This document shows positions 63,491 to 64,000 of a DNA stretch of 64,000 nucleotides, one piece after another (position 1 is the stretch's first letter; each line of letters starts with the position of its first letter). The notes beneath the pieces were generated by a model, which was not told the DNA's origin, made no database searches, and saw only the letters and a program-made list of their open reading frames with translations. Both the position numbers and the translations under genes were made by a program. This DNA is from Octopus sinensis (Eukaryota). Location: assembly GCF_006345805.1 (NCBI RefSeq), contig NC_042997.1, positions 213,218,001 through 213,282,000 on the forward strand, written 5' to 3'.

Positions 63491-64000
63491 TGTAAGTAGG
63501 AAGGTAGACAAATCACAAATGCCTTCAGGTAGATGGCCCTGCTCGATCTGTAGAAAAGGTGTAGGTAGAAACTCTATAAAATGCACCAAGTGTAAGCTAT
63601 GGACACATAAGAGATGCAGCAATGTCAAAGGAAGGCTAACTAGGAAAATAGTTTTTGTATGTGGCAGATGCTCAGGAGCAATAAACACTGAAAATGCGCA
63701 GAGACCAACATCCGCCACATTCCAGGGAGAAAAACTAGAAGTAGTTAATAGCTTCCGTTACCTAGGTGACCAAGTCAGTAGTGGGGGAGGCTATAAGAAT
63801 AGCCTGGGCAAAGTTCAGACAGCTCTTACCTCTGCTGGTGACAAAGGGCCACTCGCTCAGAGTAAAAGGCAGACTGTATGATGCATGTGTACGAACAGCC
63901 ATGCTACATGGTAGTGAAACATGGGCTGTGACTGCTGAGGATATGCGTAAGCTCGCAAGAAAGGAAACCAGTATGTTCCGATGGATGTGTAATGTCAGTG
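63491..64000 (+). mobile_element. RTE LINE RT fragment running off the window end
   Basis: GRWPCSICRKGVGRNSI...EVVNSFRYLGDQV; starts immediately after the CR1 tail. Confidence 0.9.

Overview
AT-rich, intron- and repeat-dense metazoan genomic DNA. The repeat families (RTE LINE with (GAT)n tails, tRNA-derived SINEs) look like octopus/coleoid cephalopod DNA; this is inference from pattern recognition, not a search. Two convergent spliced genes are well supported: DCTN5/dynactin p25 on + (last four coding exons, 3719-13674; the N-terminal exons were not found and are probably upstream of the window) and an SLC52-family riboflavin transporter on - (480 aa; coding exons 29457-28219 and 19509-19306). 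Nearly all other ORFs in the track are retroelement or transposon debris: RTE, CR1/L2, R4/Dong, CRE, Penelope, mariner, MULE, Helitron, hAT and other MITEs. I saw no CRISPR array, rRNA or real tRNA gene, and no clearly new multi-gene system. The best leads are structural: (1) a 1.9-kb element with GGTAC-initiated TIRs and an 8-bp TSD (Merlin-like) in a CpG-rich putative promoter; (2) inverted RTE tails bracketing DCTN5 exons 3+4, which would give a 231-nt circle with a stop-free ORF; (3) a 125-bp near-palindrome and a 237-bp templated insertion between the convergent 3' ends; (4) an RTE 3' UTR that seeds different minisatellites in different copies.
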